Shown here in pieces: positions 1-11,499 of a stretch of 64,000 nucleotides of DNA. Numbering within the stretch: position 1 is the stretch's first letter; every line of letters begins with the position of its first letter. Origin of the DNA: Podarcis erhardii (lineage: Eukaryota). The stretch lies in assembly GCA_964252035.1 (NCBI GenBank), contig OZ176206.1. One strand, given 5' to 3'. The position numbers were made by a program, and so were the translations under genes. Below the pieces are notes generated by a model. The model searched no databases and was not told the origin of the DNA. It was given only the letters and a program-made list of their open reading frames with translations.

Positions 1-98
1 TGTCTGAAGTGGTTCAGGGTAGCAACAAAGACCTTATGTGTTATGCTTTGTTCTTTCTCTCTGCTTTAGTAATGGTGTCTTCCTTCTCCATCCCTTAG

Positions 99-242
99 GA
101 CTGTCTTCAGCCGCTGAGTATGCAAGCTCTCCCTGCCCAGCCAGAATCACTGTGTATTGTGGAAATGGGTGGAGCTGAGAAGCAGGATGAGCTGGGAGAG
201 CGGGGCTCGATTGGCTTCTTGTACCTGAACATTGGCTTGCAG
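99..242 (+). CDS. SF3B3: SF3B3 coding exon 15
   Basis: ccttag|GAC...CAG|gtaagc; 144 nt; DCLQPLSMQ...LNIGLQ. Confidence 0.97.
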
Positions 243-3200
243 GTAAGCAATTACTGCCCAGAACCTTTGCTGGATCCTCGATATACGGGATTGGACCAGG
301 TCTTGGTGCATTTGACTGGACTGTGTGGGAAGCCATACTCTTGAGTTTGTACAACCCTATAGAGACCCGTTCCACATACCCTCCCAGAAGGCCTGCCAGA
401 ATGGAACATTGCGTCCCTCCTGTCACCTTCTTCACTCTTCCAGAGCTCCCGAGGAACGGAGCCCTCTCCCGCTTTATTAAGGCAGACTCTAATCCCATTG
501 TGAAGGATACCTTCTGTCTGCCAGGGAGGAGGGTGGAAGTGTTAGAGCTCATCTTCCAGCGGGTCAGGGGTCTTTGTATTTAGGTGGGAAGTGGCAGTAG
601 CCTACACTTTAAGCTGCTTCACAAAAAAGCCTTTTCTTAGTTTGTTAAAGGAGGAAACAGCAGCTTTGTAGCAGTGTTGTGCTTAATTTTGTACATGCCA
701 GAGAGAACCTGGAAATAGTAAGACTTCCAGAGTCAGGAGCCGAAGATACATTGGTATTCTGAGTTCATCTGGTGCTCTTTTTCTCTCTGCCTGCCCTTGT
801 CCCTCTCCCCACACCTTGCTTTGCTCATCTTCCCTTGTAACCCAGAACGGTGTGCTTCTCCGAACTGTCCTTGATCCAGTTACTGGTGACCTCTCTGACA
901 CAAGGACCAGGTATCTGGGCTCGCGCCCTGTGAAGCTCTTCCGAGTCCGGATGCAAGGCCAAGAAGCGGTGAGTGAGCGGGGAATCAGAGGAGTGCACTC
1001 ATGAAAAGCTGGAGGGGGAGGAGCAAAAACTTCAGGAGGACTGTGAATCTGGTGACTAAGATCTTTTAGAAATTTGGGGCGGGATGAGTTCACATCTAAA
1101 TTCCTTGTTTACCGTCTGGTACAGACGGAAAATACATGCTATAGGATGGGGGTGTGAGTGAGGGAGAAAACAAGAGTGTTGATCAGGCCAGGGGAAAGGA
1201 AATACCTTGGCCTGCTTCTGGATCCTGCTCATTTTAGCTGCTTGTGAGAAAGGGAGGGGGCATTAAAGGAGGAGGAAGTATTCAATGTACTTTGTTTGCC
1301 TGGCTCTTGCTGCTGTAAATCATTGCACCTGATTTACAGAGTGCAAGGTGTTTTTGAAAGTTGGTGATAAAGTAGCCAGGCTTGTGGCCTTCAGGATCAT
1401 ATTGTTGTGGAGCTGGAAGGGACCCTGTGGGTCATCTAGTCCAACACCATGCAATGCAGGAATCTCAATTTGGCCCCCTCACAACTTCTCTTATGCTGCT
1501 GGCTTGGGGACTCCTAGAGCCTGTAATTAGTTCTGCCCTGCCAACAGAGCCTTTGATTGTGGAAGAAGAAGGCAGCCAGCTTGGTTCCTAGAGGTGTGAG
1601 CTGCTCTGTCCCATTTGCTGTTCTCTCCCTGAGTTTTCTCTCTCTTCTTTTCCTCCTGCTCCAGGTGCTGGCCATGTCAAGCCGTTCTTGGCTGAGTTAC
1701 TCCTATCAGTCCCGCTTCCACTTAACACCCCTCTCATATGAAACGTTGGAGTTTGCCTCTGGCTTTGCTTCAGAGCAGTGTCCAGAGGGCATAGTAGCCA
1801 TCTCAACAAACACACTGAGGTTCGTATCAAAATGCCAGCGGTGGGAAAGGAAACAAATAATGGAACCTGTTTGCCTTCTTTCTTGGCACACAGGACTGTC
1901 TGTCTGTCTTGCTTGTCTGTCCCAAGCTCCTTCCTGCGCAAAGCAGGGGCATCTGGTGCCCAAAAGGGTTGCCCTGAATGCCTCCTTTCTACATGACCTT
2001 GCATGGGTAAGGTGGCTTACCCACTCTGCATTGAGTAGCTTGATTTGGCCTCCTTCCTAGTTTCTCAAGATGGGAAGGAGAGCTGTACATGGCAGCCACC
2101 CACCCACTGCATCCCACCCGAAGCATGACTGGTTGTTGGGAGGAGATTATTCCTTGGTGGTAGCCAGTCTGTGGAGTGTACACTTCAGAGGCTGCTCTAC
2201 TTTTTCACAAAGCATCGGGTGGTTCTGAAAAAGCAGCCTTGTTGGTTTTGTTGAAGGTCTACTTGATCTCTCTTCAGGGGCAGGAGGCAGCTGTCTCTCC
2301 TGATCTTGAATATTAAAGGAGGTTGCCTGGCATGCTGACACCCACAGGCTTTCCTGCATGAAGCTCCATAGAATACAAAGTACTGTGAATTGGCTGTCAA
2401 GGGTGGCCATTGTAAATAAGCCTGCAAAAGTAACTGGTCTTTAGCCATCATGCAAGTGCAGGTACAGCGCTCTTCCTTCCACTAAGCAGACTGAAGGAGG
2501 AGGGATGCAAGGACCCTTTCCTCCTCTGCCTTTCACTCACACACTCATGGAGCTCCCCATCACTGATGGCTACCAGGCAAGTTGTTAGTTTTCAGGTTGA
2601 AAAGGTCCCACTTCTCCTTGATGGAAGGTGGTTCATGCCACAGATGCTTTCCCACAAGGGAGGCTCCATTGTTTGGCCTGGATGTCCTTTTAGTTCCTTT
2701 AAGGTGGCTCACTGGGATAAGCTTAATGTCTGCAACTTTTTGGCTCCCACAGGATTTTGGCCCTGGAGAAGCTTGGAGCTGTCTTCAACCAGGTTGCCTT
2801 CCCGTTGCAGTACACTCCTAGGAAGTTCGTCATCCACCCTGAGAGCAACAACCTAATCATCATTGAGACGGACCACAATGCTTATACTGAGGCCACTAAA
2901 GCCCAAAGGAAGCAGCAGATGGCGGAGGTAACATGCCTGGCTTCTGCCTCGGGCCCAGCTCTCACCAAAGAAGGGCAGGGACAGGATTCTGTGAGCTGGA
3001 GCTTCTTTTGCTGCTGCTGCACTTGGTGGGGAAGTTGTCGCAACACAGTGCAGAGCAGTGACCACTTTCCTTTCTAGAGAGGAGGCTAGTCTGCTTTTGT
3101 AACCCATGGAAAAGCTCACTTACTTTCTGCACCTCAGTTAGGACTGCCTAATCGTCATAATCACAAGAAGCAGTGATGGCCACCAACTTGGATGGCTTTA

Positions 3201-6200
3201 AAAGAGCATTAAACAACTTCACGGAGAAGTATATTATCAGTTGCCTACTAACCATGATGACTATATTCTGTCTCCATTGCCAAAAGCAGCATGCCTCTGA
3301 ATGCCAGTTCTTGGGAATGACTTAGGTCCTGCTTGGGCTTCCAAGAGGCATCTGCTTTGGCCACTGTGAGAACAGGATGCTGCACTAGAGATAGGTCTTT
3401 GGCCTGAACCAGCAGGCAGCTCTTACAGTCCTTTTTTTGCCCCTTTGTGCATTGCAGGAAATGGTGGAAGCCGCAGGGGAAGATGAGAGGGAACTAGCTG
3501 CAGAGATGGCGGCAGCGTTTCTGAACGAGAACCTTCCCGAGTCCATCTTTGGTGCCCCAAAGGCAGGAAATGGACAATGGGCGTCTGTTGTCCGGGTGAT
3601 GAACCCCATCCAAGGAAACACTTTAGATCTAGTCCAGCTGGAGCAAAATGAAGCTGCCTTCAGGTAAGGAACAGTTTCTGCACCTCTGAAGCAAGTTACC
3701 CTTTTGAATGCTGCCCTTTCTGCTAAATAATGGAAATACTCTTTATACTTTTGTATACTTACTTTGGTCATACTTGAAGTACACCAGTCAAACCAAATAT
3801 TTACTTGTGCTATTGTAGCTAGATGACTCTAGAATCTAATTAAATAAAGCAAAAATGTGGTCTACCTGAAGTTGTTTGGGGTCTTGGGGCTGATACACGG
3901 CAGTCATTTACCATGATCTTCTCAGCTGACAACGGCCCTAATTAAGTCTCATTCAGTTTGCGTATTGCATTTCTATGCTTCCTTAGTCACAAGCAAATGG
4001 TACAACATACTCTTCGCTGCTGCCTTCCCCCAAAGTGTTCTCTCTTGCTCTTCGTTGCTGTGAAGCAACTGCTTCTTTTGCCTTCCCAGTCTTCCCTTGT
4101 CTTGTCAAGTAACATTATCGTTCTGGCTCTCTACAGTGTGGCAGTGTGCCGATTTGCCAATGGTGGTGACGACTGGCATGTTCTAGTGGGCGTAGCCAAG
4201 GACCTCATCCTGAACCCACGCTCTGTGGCTGGAGGCTTTGTCTACACCTATAAGTTGATAAACAGTGGGGAGAAGCTTGAGTTCTTGCACAAGGTGAGAA
4301 TTTCCTCCACTAGTGGGTTGGAGGGGGAGGAATCTGGGAAGATGAACATGGATGGGGCTTGCCAAGAGGTAGCTAAAATGTACTGATGAGACCCAACTCT
4401 TTGGGACGGAAATCTCTTGGTTGGGAACAGAGGACCATCACTGTTAGTAAGTACTCCACAAATGGTTTTCCTTCTGTCCACAAAACAGCAGCCATATCAA
4501 AAATCACATTGGATTTTGTCAGTGTTTGCCATGCAAAATGTATGCACATTGCTTGCTGCCAGGGAAATTTGAGCAATTATAGTAATGGTGTGACAGTTGC
4601 AGTTATCTAATGGACATTTGAAGCAAAACAAGCATAGACCTGTGAATGGGTCATTTATAGGTGATCTGACTTGAGCTTTTGCAGCATCTGATGGTGGTTG
4701 CTGAATACTTTGGCTTCTGTTGACGTGGAGAAAGCCAACAATGTACAGAGCACTGCAAAAGTTGAATTCTTCCTCCTTGTTGATACCTAGCAGCCTGGAC
4801 CTGTGTGGATGCAGGTTCTTTTGTTGGGCAGGAACTGGACTAGGAGGCCCCTTCCTAGAGGCAGTTTGTCCTTGTGGGCTTGCAATGTCCATCTCTTCCC
4901 CAGTGGATGCAATGGGTACTTGATTCAAGTGGGCCCCAAAACTCAGTGGTGGTGGGTCTGCATCCTTTGCCAGGGCTGAAACTTGCCCATCCTTGCAGTG
5001 GCAGGGCTTCATCTATGCATTGAGGGTACTATTAATGATCTTTGTTTTGTCTGCTTGACAAAGGCTACTTCTCTTTCATTTCATTTCTGTTCAGACCCCA
5101 GTAGAGGAGGTACCAGCTGCTATTGCCCCCTTCCAAGGCAGAGTGCTCATTGGCGTGGGGAAACTCTTGCGGGTATATGACTTGGGCAAGAAGAAGCTGC
5201 TCCGGAAGTGTGAGAATAAGGTATTTAGAACGTGTTGTGTGTGTTTGTGTGCGCAGATCTCCTGGATGCTGCATTTCCTAAGGCAGACATTCCCTATCGC
5301 TTTTAACAAATTTGGTTGAAACCTTTGAACTTTTTTCAAGCTTCAGGGAAACGTTCTCTTGCCCAGAACTTTGGCTTCCTTCAAAAATTTAGGAATTAAG
5401 CAATTCCTAAATTGCTTAAGGGGTAAGTCTTCAGGGCTGTTTCCACCCTCTCTGTACCTTATTACATTTCACTGGATAGATAATCATTTTCTTTCCCTTT
5501 CGAATAGAATTGAGAATCAGAGGCTCAAAGGTGTGGTTTTGTGTTTCTGAAGCCATGGCCTATGATTCACATAAGGTGATAGTTGAAAGTTTTGGATTTT
5601 TTTTTGTCATTCCTGACACCAACTTTATAATGGTGTAGTGAACAGTCTGCACAAAAGGGCACAGAGCAGCCTGGAGCCCTCCAAATGTTTTGGACTACAA
5701 CTCGCATCAGCTTTCAGCGTAGCCAATGGTCAAGGATGATGGGATTTGTAGTCCCAAACATCTGGCGGGTGCTGGGTTATAGAAAGTAGAAATAGGAAGA
5801 TTTTCATATTTCACATATTTGCTTTTCCCTTGTTTGTTTGGCCTTCTGAGTATTATAGAATCAGGAGAGCTACCTAGAATGATGTTAGCACTGGTTCTCG
5901 GTGCACATTCAGATATAGAAAGTGATCACAGATAAGCAATGTCCCAACTCCCCTTTTCTCTCTTAGAAAGCTACAGCTGTTGCACTATAAATGATCATAG
6001 CCTTGCAGAGAGATGCCCGTGATGTTCAGATTTCATGAAGGCTCAGGAAGGGATTTTAGGGCTTGCCTTGAACAGCCTCCCCTTTCTGCTTTTTGAACTG
6101 CTTTTCTAAATTGCTATCACTTCCCAGCACATTGCCAACTACATCTGTGGGATCCAGACCATTGGGCACCGAGTGATCGTCTCAGATGTCCAGGAGAGCT

Positions 6201-9200
6201 TCATCTGGGTGCGCTACAAGAGGAACGAGAACCAGCTGATCATTTTTGCAGATGACACCCACCCCCGCTGGGTCACCACTGCCTGCCTCCTCGACTATGA
6301 CACAGTGGCTGGGGCTGACAAGTTTGGCAACATCTGTGTGGTGAGTCAGCCTGAAGGCAGCCAGGAAACTCCTGGGGCTCATTTGAGAACTGTCCTGCTG
6401 TCGTTTTGATTCCCTGATGTGGGAGATGCCAGTGAAACCCCGGCCTTTTGCTAAGCACCATTTAGCTGGTGGCCTGAGACCTTTCTCCTACACTCACACG
6501 CTGCTGTCATGGGCGGTGGCAACTTCCTCTGGACACTCTTCTGCCAAAGTGCACACCTTGTGACTGTTCTGTTAATAGAGACATATGCTTGGTTGCTCTC
6601 CTTTTGTGGCTTGGATCACACATCACAGTCAGCCCACAGCTAAAAACAGACTGTGGATCTATGTGGTTGTGTTGGTGCATGCTGCTGAAAAGTTCTTGCT
6701 TTGCTCCTCTCCTACTACTGCTGCTGCGACGGCTTGTTGTGACTTCCAGACTTCATCCTGTTGGTTTGTTTGCTTCCAACAAGCACAAGCAATGAGTCAA
6801 GAACAAACCTTGTTAACTCTCATGGTTTGTTGGGGGAGAAACATGCTGTGAACCCAGGTTGGGGCACTCACTGTGGTTTTATGTGACATGCAGAGTGTTT
6901 GCTTGTTTGGGCTTTTCTGAATTCATGCTTACAACACCTTCAAGTTATTCCCATTTGCCATTGAGGCCACGCTTGAGTTTGACTCTCCTGATGCCTCCTC
7001 CTGTAGGTGCGGCTGCCACCCAACACAAATGATGAGGTAGACGAGGACCCAACTGGAAACAAGGCGTTGTGGGATAGAGGCCTTCTTAATGGGGCTTCTC
7101 AAAAGGTAACTTTGGTGTAGGGAAGGGGGTGCTTCCTCAGGTGAGAAACTGGAGGCTCTTTCTAGTTTTCTGGTTATTTATTAACTTCATTACCTGCTTA
7201 TTTCTGGAACTGGCAACTTCCTTTTTAAGAATATATAAATCTACTGATAAAAAACATGTTAGAGTGATTTCTTTTTTTTTTTAAGCCAGAGTATCCCTAT
7301 GGAATTAATAACATGACTGTCTGCCTGTTGGAGCCTGAAACGGCTTTTGAAATTAACTTCTGTGTCTATGTAAATGCAGTGTGGAGCAGAGTTAAACCCC
7401 TGCCTAGAGTGCAATTGTACTCATGTGGTCAAGCAGATGCCTTTGGAGCTTTGTAATTAGGGTTGTTTGTAGTTGTTTTTCATGCACAAAGAATGGAGAT
7501 TTTTAAAAAGTTCACAGAAAAATCTCTTCCGTGTTCTTGAAATACTGTAACATGATACAGGCAAAACTTTTGTGATTTCCCCCTACTCTGCTTTGAGAAG
7601 TTCCTGGGGAGAGGAGGGACAGTTTCCCTTTCCAGTAGGGGAACATTGGACCCCTTTAGTTAAATGAAACTTGAAACAGAATGGGGGAGAAACAACCCAG
7701 GACAACTGACCCCGTGCAATTGTTGAGCCAGTATAGGGAGTATGAAGTGATTCAGGTTTGCTTAATTAATTTATTTATTTTTGCAAATATTTGAAATGCC
7801 TTCTGAGGTTCATAGCAAATTTTAAGACATATTTCAACAGTCCTCCTGTTTTAGGGGGGGATAATTTAATTGACACCTCATTTTAGAAATGTGAAATACT
7901 GTCCTAATGAAATACTGTGCTCATAATGGAAGGGGTCCAATGTACTCCAGTAGCCTAATTGCACCTCCCTCCCCAATCATTACACATAGGAAATCACTGT
8001 TGCAAGTTTGCATTATAAGTGTGTTTAGAAATGTCCTCACCAACCACTGGAAGTGATAAATGTAGGTTTTCTTTGATGAAAATGAGATTGTCTTGATTTA
8101 ATGCATTATCTTAGGTCACCTGCTGAAGTCTTGCTTGTCTTACTTTCAGGCAGAGGTGATTATGAACTACCATGTAGGGGAAACAGTCCTGTCCCTGCAG
8201 AAGACAACTCTAATCCCCGGAGGCTCTGAATCTCTTGTCTATACGACCTTATCTGGGGGCATTGGCATTCTGGTCCCGTTTACATCACATGAGGTAGGAA
8301 GTTCTTGTATGATGGAAATATTAAGAGTTGTTCATCTACATAGTGCAGCAGGAGCACTTAATGCCCTGCAGTAGGGACAGTGAGTTATGGGAGGATGGAA
8401 GACAAAGCTGAAGGGGGGGGGGAGGCTATGCCACTCCCTGCCCACAGTTGGCCTCTTGGCTCTTCCTTGTGTGGATCAGAAATGGATCTGCTTAATGCAC
8501 GTACTGAGCTTGGCTGCTGTTGGACCTCCTGAGCTGCCTATGGCTCTCTTTGCTCTCTGTATGTCTCCCCCCCCCCCAGTGCATACACTGATATCTGGCA
8601 ATATAATGTACCCTGAAATTTGCCAGTTGGCTCTGCCCATGAGGCATGACTGAAATTTTATTGCATGACAGAATGAAGCAGAGCTAAAAAGGATTCACGG
8701 AAATTTTGGCATTTGGTTGCCCAAGGTACAAATGGGCTGGGCTACACGTTAGAAGCATCTGTCTAAGGAAAGGACTGGGTGACATATTTTACAGGAATAT
8801 ATGGCCCCCGCTCTGACTCACCCTCACAAGTTTACTATACTCAGTTGTTATAACTGCCAGAATGGTCAGACATCACGCCCAATCATAAGCCAATTAGCCA
8901 ATAAAGCTCTAGGAGAAGACATGATCCCAATGGAGATTTATAAGACCGGATTTCTGGTCGCCCATTTTTGCAAAACAGTTTTCATATATTAACAGCTCAG
9001 GTTACATACCGGAAGGGTGGAAGCTGAGTATAATTGCCCCAATATACAAAAAGGGTGATTAGAAAAATCCTGCCAGTTATAGACCCATTAGTTTGTTAGA
9101 TGTAGCCTCTAAACTATATGCTAGGCTCCTTCTTGGGAGACTGGATGAATGGGCAGATACAAATAAGGTGATATCTGAAGTCCAGGCCGGTTTCTGAAGA

Positions 9201-10959
9201 GGGAAATCCACATTGGACCAGTGCTTTGTGATGAACTTTCTGCTATGTAAATACATCCTTCCCCAAAATGATGCATGCCAGCCTGCAGAGGGCTCACTCT
9301 CTCTAGGACAGGGATCAGCAATCTTTTTTAGCTGTAGGCCGGTCCACCGTCCCTCAGACCATGTGGTGGGCTGGACTATATTTTGAAAAAAAACCTGAAC
9401 CAATTCCTATGCCCCACAAATAACCCAGAGAGGCATTTTAAATAAAAGCACCCATTCTACTCATGTAAAAACACCAGGTAGGCCCCACAAATAACCCAGG
9501 GATGCATTTTAAATAAAAGGAGACATTCTACTCATGTAAAAACACTCTGATTCCCGGACCGTCCACAGGCCAGATTGGTCAGGCCGCTGGGCCTGGGGTT
9601 GCCTACCCCTGTTCTAGGAGGTTTGTTCAGGTGGCGTGTTGTCAACCAGTGTACCAATCACAGCTGCTCCTCTTTTCAGTGCTGGCCCCGGGTTTGGCCT
9701 GACACTGCTGCTTCCAGCTGTTTTCCTTTCCCTTTGATGGCGCTCTCTCTTTTCAGGATCATGACTTCTTCCAACATGTTGAGATGCATCTGAGGTCTGA
9801 ACACCCTCCTCTCTGTGGACGAGACCACCTCAGCTTCCGCTCCTATTACTTCCCAGTGAAGGTAGGCTGAGTTTGTGGGTCTCTGCTACGTGTCCATCAT
9901 AGGCTAGTAAGCACTTGAGCTCTGCTCATGGGTAAAAGTTGCCAATGTGAAGGCCAAATTTTCCCCTGCATTTTATGCTTGGTCAGAGCATCTGCTGAGG
10001 TTGCTGGAATGGCTTTTCCAGGACAGGATTCTGCTTGCTAAGAAGGGTAATCAGCAATGGGGCCTATATGTCTATGTGATTCTCTGACTTTTTCACCATC
10101 TGGGTGGTTTGTCTGAATGGACGTTTATCTTTTCTAAGTCATATGTATAGATTTCAAGCCCCGATTCCCTATTGCAGTTCTCCCTGGTGATGGTAGCATC
10201 CTGTTAGAACTGACCTAGGTATCAAGGTGGGTCTACTTTTTTCTTTGGAAACCATGTGTTTCTCTTGGGTCACCTGTACATCATGGATAGGGCAGCACTG
10301 TCCATTGTGTCAGAATTCGGTTTCTGCCCCCCCCCCTATGAATCTGCATTTCAGGAAATGCTTCTGTCACAATGAGGAGTCATGCAGCAGGTTATTTTTG
10401 CATTAGCATGGTTAAGTCTTCATTTCCAGACTTGCAGCATTAATAGTGTAGCTCTAAAGCTGCAAGTTCACCACATGCCAAGCCCTGGGGTGATCTTGAG
10501 CAAGATAGTTCAAGTTTGTTTGTTTTTTTGCTGGAGTTTTCTAGTTTTTTGTCCCGTCCCCCCCCCCCCCAATTCCATGGACTTGTGGACACCTTCATTT
10601 TTCACTTTTAGGAAAATGTCTGCTGAATACCTGTACTTTTTTAAAGAGAGAATTTGCTTTTTTTCATTCTGACTCTTGTGGAGAATCTTTGGGCCTCTTA
10701 GACAAGCCTCTTGTTCTGTGTGCTTTGGGTCTGCTTTCTGTGCTTGAGCCCATTCCCTCCTTCGTTCCATGGGCTACAGCTTCTAAAATAGCCCCCCACC
10801 CTTTCTTTCTCTTGCTAGAATGTCATTGATGGGGATCTGTGTGAGCAGTTCAACTCCATGGAGCCCAACAAGCAGAAGAACGTGTCTGAAGAGCTGGACA
10901 GGACCCCACCAGAGGTGTCCAAGAAGCTGGAGGACATCCGCACCCGCTATGCTTTCTGA
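99..10959 (+). CDS. SF3B3: Splicing factor 3B subunit 3 (SAP130), 3' part; join(99..242,846..968,1665..1819,2753..2927,3458..3663,4137..4293,5095..5220,6128..6340,7007..7105,8150..8293,9757..9861,10819..10959)
   Basis: 12 GT-AG exons splice in frame from [18 protein letters not shown] to [12 protein letters not shown]-stop, nearly identical to recalled human SF3B3. 5' exons lie upstream of the window. Confidence 0.98.
846..968 (+). CDS. SF3B3: SF3B3 coding exon 16
   Basis: cccag|AAC...GCG|gtgagt; 123 nt; [10 protein letters not shown]...MQGQEA. Confidence 0.97.
1396..1466 (-). mobile_element. CR1-type 3' tail (truncated LINE or CR1-tailed SINE)
   Basis: gagctggaagggaccctgtgggtcatctagtccaac...gcaatgcaggaatc is the reverse complement of the tails at 14810-14882 and 25484-25544. 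Confidence 0.65.
1665..1819 (+). CDS. SF3B3: SF3B3 coding exon 17
   Basis: ctccag|GTG...AG|gttcgt; 155 nt; VLAMSSRSW...ISTNTLR. Confidence 0.96.
2753..2927 (+). CDS. SF3B3: SF3B3 coding exon 18
   Basis: cacag|G ATT...GAG|gtaaca; 175 nt; ILALEKLG...RKQQMAE. Confidence 0.97.
3165..3430 (+). mobile_element. CR1 LINE 3' fragment
   Basis: Encodes [17 protein letters not shown] (CR1 ORF2 end), followed by a CR1 3'UTR (ggccactgtgagaacaggatgctg...tggcctgaaccagcagg). Confidence 0.75.
3458..3663 (+). CDS. SF3B3: SF3B3 coding exon 19
   Basis: ttgcag|GAA...AG|gtaagg; 206 nt; [10 protein letters not shown]...QNEAAF. Confidence 0.97.
4137..4293 (+). CDS. SF3B3: SF3B3 coding exon 20
   Basis: ctacag|T GTG...AAG|gtgaga; 157 nt; VAVCRF...LEFLHK. 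Confidence 0.97.
5095..5220 (+). CDS. SF3B3: SF3B3 coding exon 21
   Basis: ttcag|ACC...AAG|gtattt; 126 nt; [10 protein letters not shown]...RKCENK. Confidence 0.97.
5669..5780. mobile_element. Palindromic hAT-type MITE, degenerate
   Basis: ccctccaaatgttttggactacaactc...gatgggatttgtagtcccaaacatctggcggg, an internal inverted repeat; same family as 30937-31072. Confidence 0.7.
6128..6340 (+). CDS. SF3B3: SF3B3 coding exon 22
   Basis: cccag|CAC...GTG|gtgagt; 213 nt; [10 protein letters not shown]...KFGNICV. Confidence 0.97.
7007..7105 (+). CDS. SF3B3: SF3B3 coding exon 23
   Basis: ctgtag|GTG...AAG|gtaact; 99 nt; [10 protein letters not shown]...NGASQK (absent from the ORF track). Confidence 0.97.
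8150..8293 (+). CDS. SF3B3: SF3B3 coding exon 24
   Basis: tttcag|GCA...GAG|gtagga; 144 nt; [10 protein letters not shown]...PFTSHE. Confidence 0.97.
8790..9257 (+). mobile_element. Non-LTR retrotransposon reverse transcriptase N-terminal fragment, decayed
   Basis: [14 protein letters not shown] / frameshift / [61 protein letters not shown]...[14 protein letters not shown]; two stops and one frameshift. Confidence 0.85.
9309..9611. mobile_element. hAT (Charlie-like) MITE with internal ~65-bp duplication
   Basis: Ends CAGGGATCAGCAATC / GGTTGCCTACCCCTG; 8-bp TSD CTCTAGGA / TTCTAGGA; direct repeat ~9410-9473 vs ~9481-9545. Confidence 0.85.
9757..9861 (+). CDS. SF3B3: SF3B3 coding exon 25
   Basis: tttcag|GAT...AAG|gtaggc; 105 nt; [10 protein letters not shown]...YYFPVK. 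Confidence 0.97.
10819..10959 (+). CDS. SF3B3: SF3B3 last coding exon 26
   Basis: gctag|AAT...TTC TGA; [10 protein letters not shown]...RTRYAF-stop. Confidence 0.97.
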   Translation, partial: NVIDGDLCEQFNSMEPNKQKNVSEELDRTPPEVSKKLEDIRTRYAF

Positions 10960-11493
10960 GAGGCGCCTTTTCAGGGACGTGGCTGGGATTCCTGTTCCAA
11001 AGATGTTTTGAAGGGTATGAGCTTTTTTGGCCAGTTGCTCCCACTTTGGTACTCTTGTTTTCTTCCAGCGACGTGAAAGCCCAACCGTGTCATCAACCTG
11101 TTCTGTCCATGCTGTTCCAGGAGTCAGTCAGGTTCTCCCAAGTGGCGAGGCCTCCCCTTTCAGGTGTGTTTCTGGCTCCACCCTTTTTACAGACAGTTTG
11201 GGTGCTGCACCCACTACCAACCTGCCCTTGGACAAGGCCCTGGTGCCCTTTCCTTGTCAAGTGAGCTAGCTAGATGAAGTCCCCTTTTCTGAGTTGGTAA
11301 GATATGAGCACAGGGACGTTAGGGCTCCTCCTCTTCCATTGGCCAGTGTCTGGGAAGCCTTGTGGGCGTGGCTGGTGTAATTTTTCCATCCTGCAGTTTT
11401 TATCTCTGTGTTTGTAAATAGAGTCTTGTACCAAGTTAGCCTTTTGTCTGCTGAAGAGATGGCCTGTGTGATTCTGGCCATAGATTTTTCGTT

Positions 11494-11499
11494 AATAAA
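11494..11499 (+). terminator. SF3B3 polyadenylation signal
   Basis: First AATAAA after the stop codon (~535 nt 3'UTR); ATTAAA follows at 11513-11518. Confidence 0.75.

Noticed and set aside
3250-3305. Box C (ATGATGA) and box D (CTGA) pair suggesting an intronic snoRNA
   Set aside because: Lies in CR1-derived sequence with no terminal stem. The SF3B3-hosted SNORD111 genes are, as I recall, in earlier introns outside this window.
6128-6340. SF3B3 substitutions relative to recalled human (ISG to ICG, DTY to DTH, TAS to TAC)
   Set aside because: Few changes, comparison is from memory, and they may be ancestral non-mammalian states
8070-8130. Second box C/D-like arrangement
   Set aside because: Imperfect box C, only ~20 nt from the 3' splice site, and no stem
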